In this document: positions 30,200-40,265 of the stretch, in pieces
Layout of the letters: every line of letters starts with the position of its first letter
Position numbering within the stretch: the stretch's first letter is position 1
Virus record (IMG/VR): IMGVR_UViG_3300020182_000007
Direction: 5' to 3' (one strand)
DNA: 64,000 nt
Source: a virus
The notes under the pieces: model-generated
What the model saw: the letters and a program-made list of their open reading frames with translations, nothing else
What the model was told of the DNA's origin: nothing
Databases searched by the model: none
Program-made: the position numbers and the translations under genes

Positions 30200-30280
30200 G
30201 TTTAATTATTTATTTGTTTGTTTAATTTATATAAGGATTTAGTAATAAGTTTCAAAAGTATATTAAATATTATACAGGTA

Positions 30281-30592
30281 TTAAGATTTGCCTAGTGCGC
30301 ATTTACATAACGGAACTGACTCCAGATCTTCTTGAACCTCATATTCGCATTCTTCTATTCGTTCATCTAGATCATCACATATGTTTTCGATGCTATCGCA
30401 TCTAGTATTTAGGTCATCCACTAGTGTATCTAGTGTATCGTAGAGGTCATTTTGTTCTGCTTCTAATTCCAACATGTATTGTATTTTTAATTCAAGATCC
30501 GTTACGGTTCGAGACATATTAAACATTTTGTAAATTCCGGCAATTAATAGTGATAGTAGTACACCTGAGATAAAGGCAATTGTTTGTTCCAT
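30281..30592 (-). CDS. Membrane-anchored coiled-coil protein
   Basis: N-terminal TM helix and acidic coiled coil. Confidence 0.55.
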   Translation of the reverse strand: MEQTIAFISGVLLSLLIAGIYKMFNMSRTVTDLELKIQYMLELEAEQNDLYDTLDTLVDDLNTRCDSIENICDDLDERIEECEYEVQEDLESVPLCKCALGKS

Positions 30593-30652
30593 GATATTTG
30601 TTTTTTAAATTTATATGAAGTTATATGATTGTTTGTTTAAAAGTTTCATAAA

Positions 30653-31225
30653 TTACTTTAGGTCTTTTAAAATATCTCTACGTACACTTTCTAAATACTT
30701 TTCTCTTTTTTCTTGAGATATGAAAGGGACTGACCAAAATTGTTTGGTTTTAAACCAACGTGACAATTTCCAACCGAATACAAATGTGAATACGCCCATA
30801 ACCAATCTCAATTTAACTGAGTTTAGATATATCAATTTAACAGGAAGCCCTGGTGCGCCATGTGTGATGTATGTCCTAACTTTCTTATCATTTAATAGAG
30901 GTTTAGGATATGCGTAAGGACCAATAATAGGTATGAAATTGTATGCAAACCCTGGAGTAAAGACCTCATCAAAGAATATTTCCATTCTTGGAGTTAATCT
31001 AAACCACCACACTGGAGATACAAAATAAATCCTATCAGACCAAGTTACAAGTTCTTTATACTTTTTAATTAAGTCCGTCCTTGGTCTAGAGAATTCATCG
31101 CTATAGAGATCTAATACTTCTACATCTTCATTACGATCTTTTAATGTGTTTAAAATTGTTTTGTAAATCCCGTTATAACAGAATGATTTTTGATCGGGAT
31201 GTGATATTACAATTAAGTTTTTCAT
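30653..31225 (-). CDS. NAD(P)H:quinone oxidoreductase, flavodoxin-like fold (KefF/MdaB family)
   Basis: ISHPDQKSF, DLYSDEF, FVSPVWWF and FFDEVFTPGFAY; likely start MKNL at 31225. Confidence 0.88.
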   Translation of the reverse strand: MKNLIVISHPDQKSFCYNGIYKTILNTLKDRNEDVEVLDLYSDEFSRPRTDLIKKYKELVTWSDRIYFVSPVWWFRLTPRMEIFFDEVFTPGFAYNFIPIIGPYAYPKPLLNDKKVRTYITHGAPGLPVKLIYLNSVKLRLVMGVFTFVFGWKLSRWFKTKQFWSVPFISQEKREKYLESVRRDILKDLK

Positions 31226-31458
31226 TTCTCTTCTGTGTTTGGCCATTTAGTATCTGGATATTCAAAAGCCGGTACATTTGATGTTTGAGTAGAGCACCAT
31301 ACGTTTGGAGGGTTTCCAGTAGTATCATGCCGTGATGGATTTTGTACTATATACGGTATACTGATGGGAATTGGGTCATTTGCTAAGAGCAACATAGCCT
31401 CAGAAACTGTAATATTTTTATCTTCTAAAAGCCTTTCTATAATTTTTTCTTTTGTCAT
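31222..31458 (-). CDS. Hypothetical protein
   Basis: 78-aa ORF. Confidence 0.5.
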   Translation of the reverse strand: MTKEKIIERLLEDKNITVSEAMLLLANDPIPISIPYIVQNPSRHDTTGNPPNVWCSTQTSNVPAFEYPDTKWPNTEEK

Positions 31459-31459
31459 A

Positions 31460-31798
31460 TTATTTATGTTTATGATATCCTTGTTTATTAGGATCTCCCC
31501 ATTCTCTATTTCTATTTATAGTCATTTTATATTCAGACGCCTGTAATAATAGATCCGTGTTTAAGTCACTTTTTCTTGCAGCATCTAATATAAGTATTAA
31601 ACAATCTGCAAATTCGCTGGCCATTCTGTGCTGTGCTAGCCCGGTAGGATCTTCTTCATAATTATTTTTTGCCTCAATAACTTCTTCAACCTCTTCCTTC
31701 AAGTGGTTTAAGATTCCAATAGTCCTATCAGTTTTTCCAAATGAAGCATCAGACCATTCTGCAATATTATTCTGTAATCTCTGTATTCTATCCATCAT
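31460..31798 (-). CDS. dATP/dGTP pyrophosphohydrolase (DUF550, MazG-like)
   Basis: HLKEEVEE...EFADCLILILDA...KMTINRNREW. Confidence 0.8.
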   Translation of the reverse strand: MMDRIQRLQNNIAEWSDASFGKTDRTIGILNHLKEEVEEVIEAKNNYEEDPTGLAQHRMASEFADCLILILDAARKSDLNTDLLLQASEYKMTINRNREWGDPNKQGYHKHK

Positions 31799-31964
31799 TG
31801 TTTTGTTTAAGCATTATCAATAGTGCAAGATACACCCAAAGTCCGTAAGGTACTAATATAAATATAATTCTCCATGCAATTGCTGAAGTACCTGACCATT
31901 CTGCAATTCCTGAACATACTCCACCAATATATCCTTTTTCTTCCTTTCTTTTTAAACCTAACAT
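31788..31964 (-). CDS. PspC-domain membrane protein (58 aa, not in track)
   Basis: Hand translation MLGLKRKEEKGYIGGVCSGIAEWSGTSAIAWRIIFILVPYGLWVYLALLIM; GGVCxGIA is the PspC signature. Confidence 0.8.
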   Translation of the reverse strand: MLGLKRKEEKGYIGGVCSGIAEWSGTSAIAWRIIFILVPYGLWVYLALLIMLKQNNDG

Positions 31965-31968
31965 ATTA

Positions 31969-34900
31969 TTAATTACTTGTTTTGTAAAAAATTAACACTG
32001 ATATTATTAAGATAAGCCATGGTATTGTATCTTGCACAAATTTATTTTGTAAAAACCTAATTACCTTAACCTTCAGTGTTCTTTTTGATTTCCTATCTTT
32101 AATTATGTTTCCGAACCTATCTATTGTTGGCATATTTTTAATCTCATAAATTATTCCAATCCACAATATTACAAATACTATTCCTATTATTGTTAATCCC
32201 ACCATCTAGAAATGTTTTCTGCCATTATTTTAAATAATAAAGCGTTTGCTCTTTCGTGGTTTATATGACCAATGTTCATTGCTACTCTTTGTTTAATTTC
32301 TGAGTGGTCTTCCCCATCTAATGGAAATGGACCTTCACTATGTCCAACAACTCTATTGTATATTAATGGATATTTCTTAAAATACTCGTTAAAGTCTTCG
32401 GTAAGTAATTTAGATTCCCATGAACTATAACCTTCTTTCTCGGTTGGTTTAAACCAATGTTTAGTCTTGTGGTAGTCAGAGTATTCTGAACTATAAGTCT
32501 CATCTTGTACAAGTTTCATTAACCTAACACATGTCATCATAACTTCTACATCGCGTTTTGCTCTTGTATGAATATCTCTACTCCCAATGTATTTAGACTG
32601 CGCTTTTAATTTGTGCATCATTATCTCAAAGATGTAATGAGAATCCCAATTACGATCTTTCCAAATGATAGGTAACCAATAAAAGATATTTTTAAATCCT
32701 GTTTTGATATTCTTAAGAGTATATCTTCCTTCATTATCCCACCATAATGGAATCCATTGTATTTTTCTTATTATCCAAGACTTTTTAGATCTCTCTTTAG
32801 ACCACTGATCAAATATGTCTAATTCTGGTTCCATATTAATTTGTTTTAATCTATCCACTTTCCATGTGTTCGTAAATGCCAAAATCTGTGTTTGAGCACT
32901 TCTAGCACTAATTGAAAGAAAGTATCGGTTTCATAAGTACCTGCTTTTGTAATAAGTTTAAATTGTTTCATTATCTATCCGCATATAGTTTATATAGAAT
33001 TATTATCGTAAGTTTCAATCACCATTTTCGAAACTTTCTGTCTAGATACTTCATTTATTAATACTTCTTTAATAAAGTTTTTAGCGTCAAGCATTGAATT
33101 GAAGCTAGTTCTCTCCGTATAAAAATCTTGGTAAACGCCTTGTTCGTGCTTAATATATAACCATCTCTTCCAGAAGAATAAGAATGGCCTAAGTTCTTGA
33201 ACATAAAAGCTAGGAGAGGTACCTTTACCAAATTCATTATAATATTCTTCTCTGGTTATTCTATAACTAATTGGCTTCATATATCTAAATTAATATTATT
33301 TTCATTAAGGAAATTATGTAGCTGCTCTCTACATAATTCAAATGTTTCATAAGAATCATCACTTATATCTTCGGGTGCGTATTTAATCTTACCTCTTAAC
33401 CATTGATCCATACTACAAAGCGTGGAGTGCATATGCTCTCCTTCATTTGCTATTATAAACTCGCGTTTATCTTCGGGTAAACTAAATTCTAATATTGCTT
33501 TCATTTCTTTATACTGGATTACCTTCTAGTTCAGGATATATCTTAGATAGTTCGTAAGTACTGTTTCCTGTTTTAAATTTAATGTAATCATCCCTCTGTT
33601 CCATAATTTCTGTTATCGTTGTGGTTTGCCATGTGAATGATTGATTGAACGGTGACATAAGTAAACTTCTACCAATTGCACCTTCTTCAAATTGTTCTTT
33701 AAAACTACCATTTTCATTCCACTCTAACCATTTAATACCATTAGATTGTTTTGTTAACCCATCACGTTCTCTAACAAGTTTCCAATTCATTTGAGTTTCT
33801 CCAAATAATAGCTTACTCATTTCGTCATCCATCTTTAAATTACCATTCTCTTCTTGAGTTAGTAATACCTTTGGTTGTACTCCTCCTATCATATTTTTAT
33901 CTTTTACTTCAACGAATACATCATAATTTGCCTTTCTTTCTTCAATATCTTTTTGCGATAGCTTTTTTAAATGAACTTTCATATCATTTTGGTTTTGTAT
34001 GCTTCCATCTACTAGTGGTTGCTAGTATCTTTCACTTCCCAATATATGATTTACTACCGCTTCAGGAGAACCTGACTCAACAAAAGGCTCTAATCTTTTC
34101 ATGGCATCTGTTATGTCACGTGCTATTATATACGTTTCACATAGTTTTTTAGCGTGAATATAAACACATTGATAAATTAAGTGATCCTGTATTTTAGAGC
34201 AACCAACTACTTTAACCTCTAAAACAGCAGCATGTCTACCTTCTTTTATAATAGAGTCTAATATATCTATGTCTTCTTTTTTGTATTTCTTTTTAATTTC
34301 GCTCATCTTCTTTGTTTATTTGTATATTTTATCCGCTATTTTATAAAGAATACCTTGGATTCCGGTTGGTTCAGTACCTCCCCATAAAACACGATCACTT
34401 TCATTATCAAACCATTTCCAAAGTGGAGTACTTAGAAATAAGAAATCCCAATTTGTAACATTAAAATATTTAATATCTGCTCCGTTTGGTAACCTAAATT
34501 CAAAAGACAATAATGAATATGGTCTGTAGTCTTTTACTATTTCAAAGAATGTAAATCCCCAACAGTGATCTCCGTCATGTAAGTAAATGTCTAATAGATT
34601 GAACTTAATGTTCCATCTACGAGTTTTCCATGATATTTTGCTTAATAATCCCATTATTTTTCTAATTTATGTAAGTCTCTTAATAATATAGAATACGCTT
34701 CTTCACATGATTCTTTATAAAACACATCAGTGAAATCTTTCATGTTGTCGTATTTAGCACATAAGTGTTGACCAAATCTTTGATCCTCTTTATTTCTACC
34801 ATCACCATGTTCAATGGACCATGTAATGTATTCTGTGTTTAATTTTGAGTAATCTAGTATCATGTTATTTAGTTACGATATGATGCTAATAACATATACT

Positions 34901-37900
34901 CCGATTAGTGTTACAATAACAAACGTTACTGCTAATCCAATTATCTTATAACTAGACTCTACTGATTCCCTTGACCTTCCTTGTTCTTTTTGTCTATTCC
35001 AATTTCCCATATTCTTAATTTATTTCAAATGCATTTTCCCATCCTGTTCTGACCATCATTTTAGTATCTAAAAGATCCTCTAGTGCCTCTCCTCCTGTAG
35101 TTATTTTTTTATAAGTTTCGCTGTATTTTCCTTGAAATATTAATTCATACTTTTTACCGGTGTTGCTGATTAAAAATTTAATTACTATTAGCGACGGAGT
35201 ATACATATTTACAGATGTTATATCAATTACGGTGTTTTCGTGAGCCTTAATTGAAGTTTGCGATTTTTCTAGAAGGTATTTCCATATTCTATGCCTAATA
35301 GGATTTCCTGTTATTTTAATAGTACTCATATTATTTTTTATTTATTATTACAACTTCAGTTTCTTGTGCGGATTCTAGCTCTAACCCAAAATGTTCAAAT
35401 ACTACTTGGAAATATTTGTGGGTTAACCTAAGAGTTAAAAAAAACTCAGTCCAAGTAGGATCTGAAAAATCACAAGGGTCTATGTTTATAAAACCACAAT
35501 AATCTTCATGTTTTGGATTAAGTTGAAAATCGGTAGCTACCCATTCTAAACAATCAATTGCTACTTCTAAGTTACTCATCTTCTCTCCAAATCTTGTATA
35601 TTCTATGCGGCTTCTATCCGTTTGTTTCATTTTTCCTGCTATTTTCCATATTTTCAAGTAGCTCTAGTAAACCTGATAGTTTCTCATCAGACATTTCATA
35701 AAGTAATGTTTTGTCCATGGGTAGCTTGTTATTCATTAGGCTTTCTTCAATTTGAATAATTAACATTGCTCGAATGTTAAGTCCCTTTAAAATTTTAGCT
35801 TCTGCTGATGTTAAGTTCTCTTTATTATTCATTATTGCCTACTTCTTTAATTAATAATTCAATGTCGTTAAACGCTAGTTCACATTCATTAGTTTCTGAT
35901 TCTCCTGATTCTACTTCTTGGATTGCTAAAAAATAAAAATCTCTAATATCATCTTCTAGATGAGCGTGTTTTACTGACATTCCTTCAGCATATGTTTTTA
36001 ATTCTGATAATTGCATATATTTATTTGTTTAGGTGTTTACGATAATTAGATACAGACCTAGAAATAAGTTCTAGTCTATATTTTGGATTGTGTATTAATA
36101 TTCTTTCAGTAACTTCATATTCCGTTTCATTCCAGAATCTTCTTCCTTTTTTCTGAGGATTCAATTGATAAATAGTTCGGTGTAGTCCAGAATAATAGTA
36201 AGCAGGTTTAGTATAAGCTCTTCGAACATATCCACTTGCATAGCTTAAATAATCGCAATCAGCGATTGGATCATAATAGCATACAGTGCCGTTTTTCTTT
36301 TGAGTTTTTGAAGTTGTTTCTACCAGCCCTAGTGCTTTTAATTTTAATGACATAATTTATCTTTCTAGTATTACAAAGTCTCCGAATGCTTCATCAAAAA
36401 CTTTAATTAAATTTTCATAATCTCCACTTTGCATTTGCTTGAGTAACTCTTCGTATGGTTTATCTAAATCCTGTGAGAATTTCTTAGCGTGTGCTAGTAA
36501 TGCGAATGCATTTCCATCTGGACCTGTAAGATCTATAATAATTGGACCCTCTTGGTGTTTGTGTAGTTTTTTTCTAATCATTCTTAGTAATTGGTTTGGT
36601 TGTACGATTTAAAGCCTAAAATTGGCGTGTGTCCAGATATTTCGTCTTTACGCTTAGTTATCATATCTCTTGTGAGCAACAGTGTTTCAACGTCCTTCTC
36701 AGTTTTTACCCAATCTGTAAATAGGTATGTTAGTAATTTTGATTTAATTTTTTTCATATTAATAGTTATTAGATTCTACTCTGTCGTGAACTGAAATTGG
36801 TGCATTGCCAGGAAATCTAGAATCCGAAGTGTAAATCCAATTACCACCGAACATTGAACGTTTGTTACTCTTGTATATTCCAGCAGGAACCGCGTACCAA
36901 GCTTCTTTTCCAAACAATTGTCTTTCTACTAAAACCAATTCATCATCTGGGATTAGTGTTAAATCTGCTAAATCAACGCCATCACCGTGGTGTAGAATAA
37001 TAGAGTCCTCTCTTGAAGTTAGACCATTGTTTGTTGAGTCTCCCATGGAGTTTCTGAGTACGAATGTTAAAATGTTTGACATATTTTTGTTTTTTTAATT
37101 ATAGTTAAATATAATCATTTAAAATGAATCGGAAAAACTTTTAGTGAATTATTTTCAAAAAGTTATTAACAATATTAAAGATATACGTCGCAGCCTCCAT
37201 TTTCATTGTATGTAATGTAATCAAGCAGCTCTTCTATCTGATGCGTCTTGTTACTAAATGTTTTACTTTCCAATTCGGCTCCTTCGAATACTATTGTAGG
37301 TGTGATTTCCATTCCATGTGCGAATTCGATTTTGATTTGTGTTTCAGCGTGTACGTTCATAATTTTTGTTATTTAATTATAGTATAAATATAATCATTTA
37401 AAATGAATCGGGAAAACTTTTGGTGAATTATTTTTAAAAAGTTATTAACAATATTATCTTTGTTTTGTTTTTATTAACTTAATGTGCTTACAGTCTCCTC
37501 GGTTAAACATCTTTGCTGGACAGCTACAGTCCCAAGACCCTCCAATATCGCTAACATTGTAGAAATTACCAGGCTTAGAAGCCTCAACTTTCCATTCCCG
37601 TAGAGGCACTTGCCTTACTTCTGGAACAGTCTCTTGTTTTAATGGTTGTTTACTCATATCAAACTCTATCTGTTCTCTAGTGGTTCCTACTGGCACCTCG
37701 TGCCAACCTGGACATACATATGACTTGCCTGTTAGATTTACTAGTGCAAATACAGTACCATAAAATCGATCTGGTTGTAAAACTATCTTATCCATTGCTT
37801 ATACTAAATTGTTTGCGAAGTTCTAGTACTTCTTCTTTTGTTTCAAATCCAATAATGTTGTATGATTCTTGTACATCTCCAAAGATTGGTGTTGCGTAGC

Positions 37901-38407
37901 CATTTGTGATTAAATCGTTCCATATTTCAGAAAGCCAGTAGTTTTCGAAATATTCTGCGTTCTTTAACATGTCGGCTTTCATATCTTCTAAAACATATCC
38001 TTCTCCATATCCGTAAGGGTTAATTATCTTTGCCAATTTATTTGCTTCTTCTTTTGTTTCTAAAACTTGAATGGCAAGATTAATTTGATCTATCATTAAC
38101 TCTTTAAGGCCATCGTTAAATGAATACATCTCATTTGACCATGGTTTAGTAATTTCTATTCCGTACTTGTATATTTTAGGTATTGCCATAATTATAGTGT
38201 ATATGATTGAATGTTAAGGTGAGAATTAAATTCTTTCATCTCCTGCTCTGCGTATCTATTAGACTGTTCGTCTGCTTTAATAGCTCTCTCCAACTTAGTA
38301 GTAAACCATTCTAGGTTTTTATAATCTGGACTGTCGCTCATTCCTTGAATATCCATCGATTTTAAATCGTACTTAAACTCTTTTAATAATTCTGTTACGC
38401 TTGTCAT
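31969..38407 (-). other. Run of about 20 short, tightly packed hypothetical early-type genes (e.g. 32193-32882, 33509-33982, 34316-34654, 36021-36353, 36357-36581, 36759-37082, 37788-38189)
   Basis: Abutting minus-strand ORFs interspersed with the repeated promoter element; no recognisable motifs except the SWIM finger listed separately. Confidence 0.7.
37454..37795 (-). CDS. SWIM zinc-finger protein
   Basis: WDCSCPA...CKH. Confidence 0.8.
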   Translation of the reverse strand: MDKIVLQPDRFYGTVFALVNLTGKSYVCPGWHEVPVGTTREQIEFDMSKQPLKQETVPEVRQVPLREWKVEASKPGNFYNVSDIGGSWDCSCPAKMFNRGDCKHIKLIKTKQR

Positions 38408-38583
38408 TTAGTGTATTGTTTTTTAATTATAGTTAAATATAATCATTTAAAATGAATCGGAAAAACTTTTAGTGAATTATTTTCAAAAAGTTATTAACAA
38501 TTCTTATTAAAGAGAGTTTCTCTTTGTTTTAATTATAGTATAAATATAAACAAAATAAACGACATAAAAAAATCTGGAGTGAT

Positions 38584-39348
38584 TTATTTTTGATATTTTT
38601 TATCCCAAGCGTTAATTCTTTTTAGAAGCTCTTCTATTGTTATTGAAGATTCAGCATTCTTTGATACATTATCATTATGCCTCATTAATCTGCAGTTAGC
38701 AGGGTGGCCTAAAATCTTAGGATCAATATTATTAATTAGACCCATTTTACAACTGTACATGTGATCTCTACTAATACCATTTAGATTGTTTCCTCTGTTT
38801 GAAGCTGAATAAAACCCATGTTCATTAATTAGATCTAAATTAAATTCTTCTGGATAATCAAATACGTTAAAATTAAAAGAAGCGTCTGCTCTATAATTCT
38901 GTAGCTCAGTTCTGTTTCTTCTTTTAAATTCTTTTATACATTCAGAACTACAATACATTTTATCTCTCGTGTGTTCAAATTCTTTAGAGCAGTTTTTACA
39001 GGTGCAATTGCGTGTGTTATTTCTAGATAGAGATTCTGCTATCTTTTTCTTAGTTTCTTCTGATCTTTTACCTCTATAATTAGCACAAGATCTTGAACAG
39101 AAATTCTTTTCTTTCTTTTTACCAGGTCTGTATTCTATGTCAACTGAATTTGAACATTTTTCACATGAACATTCTACTGTTTCTTTTATATGCTTACCGT
39201 GTTTATCATTATAAGATTTACTAATAGTATTAGACATCTTTTTCTTCCAATCTGACTGATCTCTGTGTTTCCACCTAACATGATTCGCTTTAATCTTCTT
39301 GTTCTCAAAGATTTCTCCGCACTCGTTACATTTTATTACTTCTTCCAT
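38584..39348 (-). CDS. Free-standing HNH homing endonuclease with Cys-rich DNA-binding repeats
   Basis: C2H2-like CNECG...HVRWKH, FCSRSC and YCSSEC fingers, and C-terminal SRDHMYS...NCRLMRHNDNVSKN. Confidence 0.8.
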   Translation of the reverse strand: MEEVIKCNECGEIFENKKIKANHVRWKHRDQSDWKKKMSNTISKSYNDKHGKHIKETVECSCEKCSNSVDIEYRPGKKKEKNFCSRSCANYRGKRSEETKKKIAESLSRNNTRNCTCKNCSKEFEHTRDKMYCSSECIKEFKRRNRTELQNYRADASFNFNVFDYPEEFNLDLINEHGFYSASNRGNNLNGISRDHMYSCKMGLINNIDPKILGHPANCRLMRHNDNVSKNAESSITIEELLKRINAWDKKYQK

Positions 39349-39401
39349 ATTATATATATCTCATCTTTGTGGAGAATCTTCTAATCGAACCATATTTTTT
39401 A

Positions 39402-39438
39402 AACAAAAAAAGACCTACAAATTAATGTAGATCTTTTA
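39402..39438 (-). terminator. Terminator downstream of the tRNA
   Basis: Minus strand AAAGATCTACA-TTAATT-TGTAGGTCTTT-TTTT. Confidence 0.8.
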
Positions 39439-39440
39439 AG

Positions 39441-39742
39441 TGGAGAATATCGGAGTCGACATCTGTAATCTCTGACTTTCGTTAGAGTGTCGGACTATAT
39501 CATCATCTCATAGAGATGTTGGACGCTAATGTGGTTATTAAGAGAACTTTATCTCTCCACTAGTCTCTGAACCTTCTTAAGATGTATCTTAAGCTTGGCT
39601 GCTGATTGTCATATCATTTCTGACTTAGATTTCCAGCAATTCATCCAATTATTCGATAAGTATCACTACTTAAAGCGGCGCGTAATCACCGATGACCTCT
39701 TGCGTGCAAGGCAAGCGCTCTAGCCAGCTGAGCTAATTCCCC
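39441..39742 (-). tRNA. tRNA-Ala (UGC), split by an intron; exons 39742-39688 and 39459-39441; CCA not encoded
   Basis: Spliced sequence GGGGAATTAGCTCAGCTGGCTAGAGCGCTTGCCTTGCACGCAAGAGGTCATCGGT|TCGACTCCGATATTCTCCA forms a full cloverleaf with G3:U70 and anticodon TGC. Confidence 0.93.
39460..39687 (-). ncRNA. Group I self-splicing intron (228 nt) inserted in the tRNA T-loop (54/55)
   Basis: P AATTGCTGGAAA, Q AATCAGCAGCC, R GTTCAGAGACTA and S ATGATATAGTCC in order; exon ends in U, intron ends in G; exon CGGU pairs with intron GCCG (P1 with U.G). Confidence 0.92.
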
Positions 39743-39790
39743 CTGATTATCTTAAAGTCTTAATCTTGACTAGATGTTATATATCCAATT

Positions 39791-39899
39791 AAAACTAAAT
39801 GTGTTATGGGTAGAGTTCGACCTCCTTTTCATAGGTGTAGGGTTGGGAGGAATACTGAACTCGCCATTTCTATACTCTACGCATAACACATTTAGTTTT
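39791..39899. repeat. 109-bp element bounded by 26-bp inverted repeats (25/26 match)
   Basis: aaaactaaatgtgttatgggtagagt (39791-39816) versus actctacgcataacacatttagtttt (39874-39899). Confidence 0.9.
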
Positions 39900-40257
39900 C
39901 TTGTTTATATAAGCTTGCAATATATGCAGTCACTCCATAATCAAGTAGGATATATGTCTTACCATCTATTCCCCAGTTCTCAGGATTATGAAGATCGCAG
40001 TTATTAAAACCAAACTCGGGAATCAATTCCTTGATACGAATAACCACATTATTTGGTATTGATGAGACTGTATTATATCTTTTCTGACAAACGATACCCA
40101 TCCACGCCCATTTTAGCTCCGCCAAAGAGATAGTATCGCGGTACTTATCCCAAATCTTCTTTTCATTAAGTCCTTGTAAATATCCTTTTCTACTTACTGG
40201 AATCTTAATAACTACATTCCTTAGAATGAAAACGAGTCTTGTTGAATATTTAATCAA
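39892..40257 (-). CDS. Minimal protein-kinase-like fold protein
   Basis: VVIKIP (VAIK-like), E, DLHNPENW (catalytic loop-like) and LLDYG (DFG-like). Confidence 0.6.
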   Translation of the reverse strand: MIKYSTRLVFILRNVVIKIPVSRKGYLQGLNEKKIWDKYRDTISLAELKWAWMGIVCQKRYNTVSSIPNNVVIRIKELIPEFGFNNCDLHNPENWGIDGKTYILLDYGVTAYIASLYKQEN

Positions 40258-40265
40258 ATAACTTT

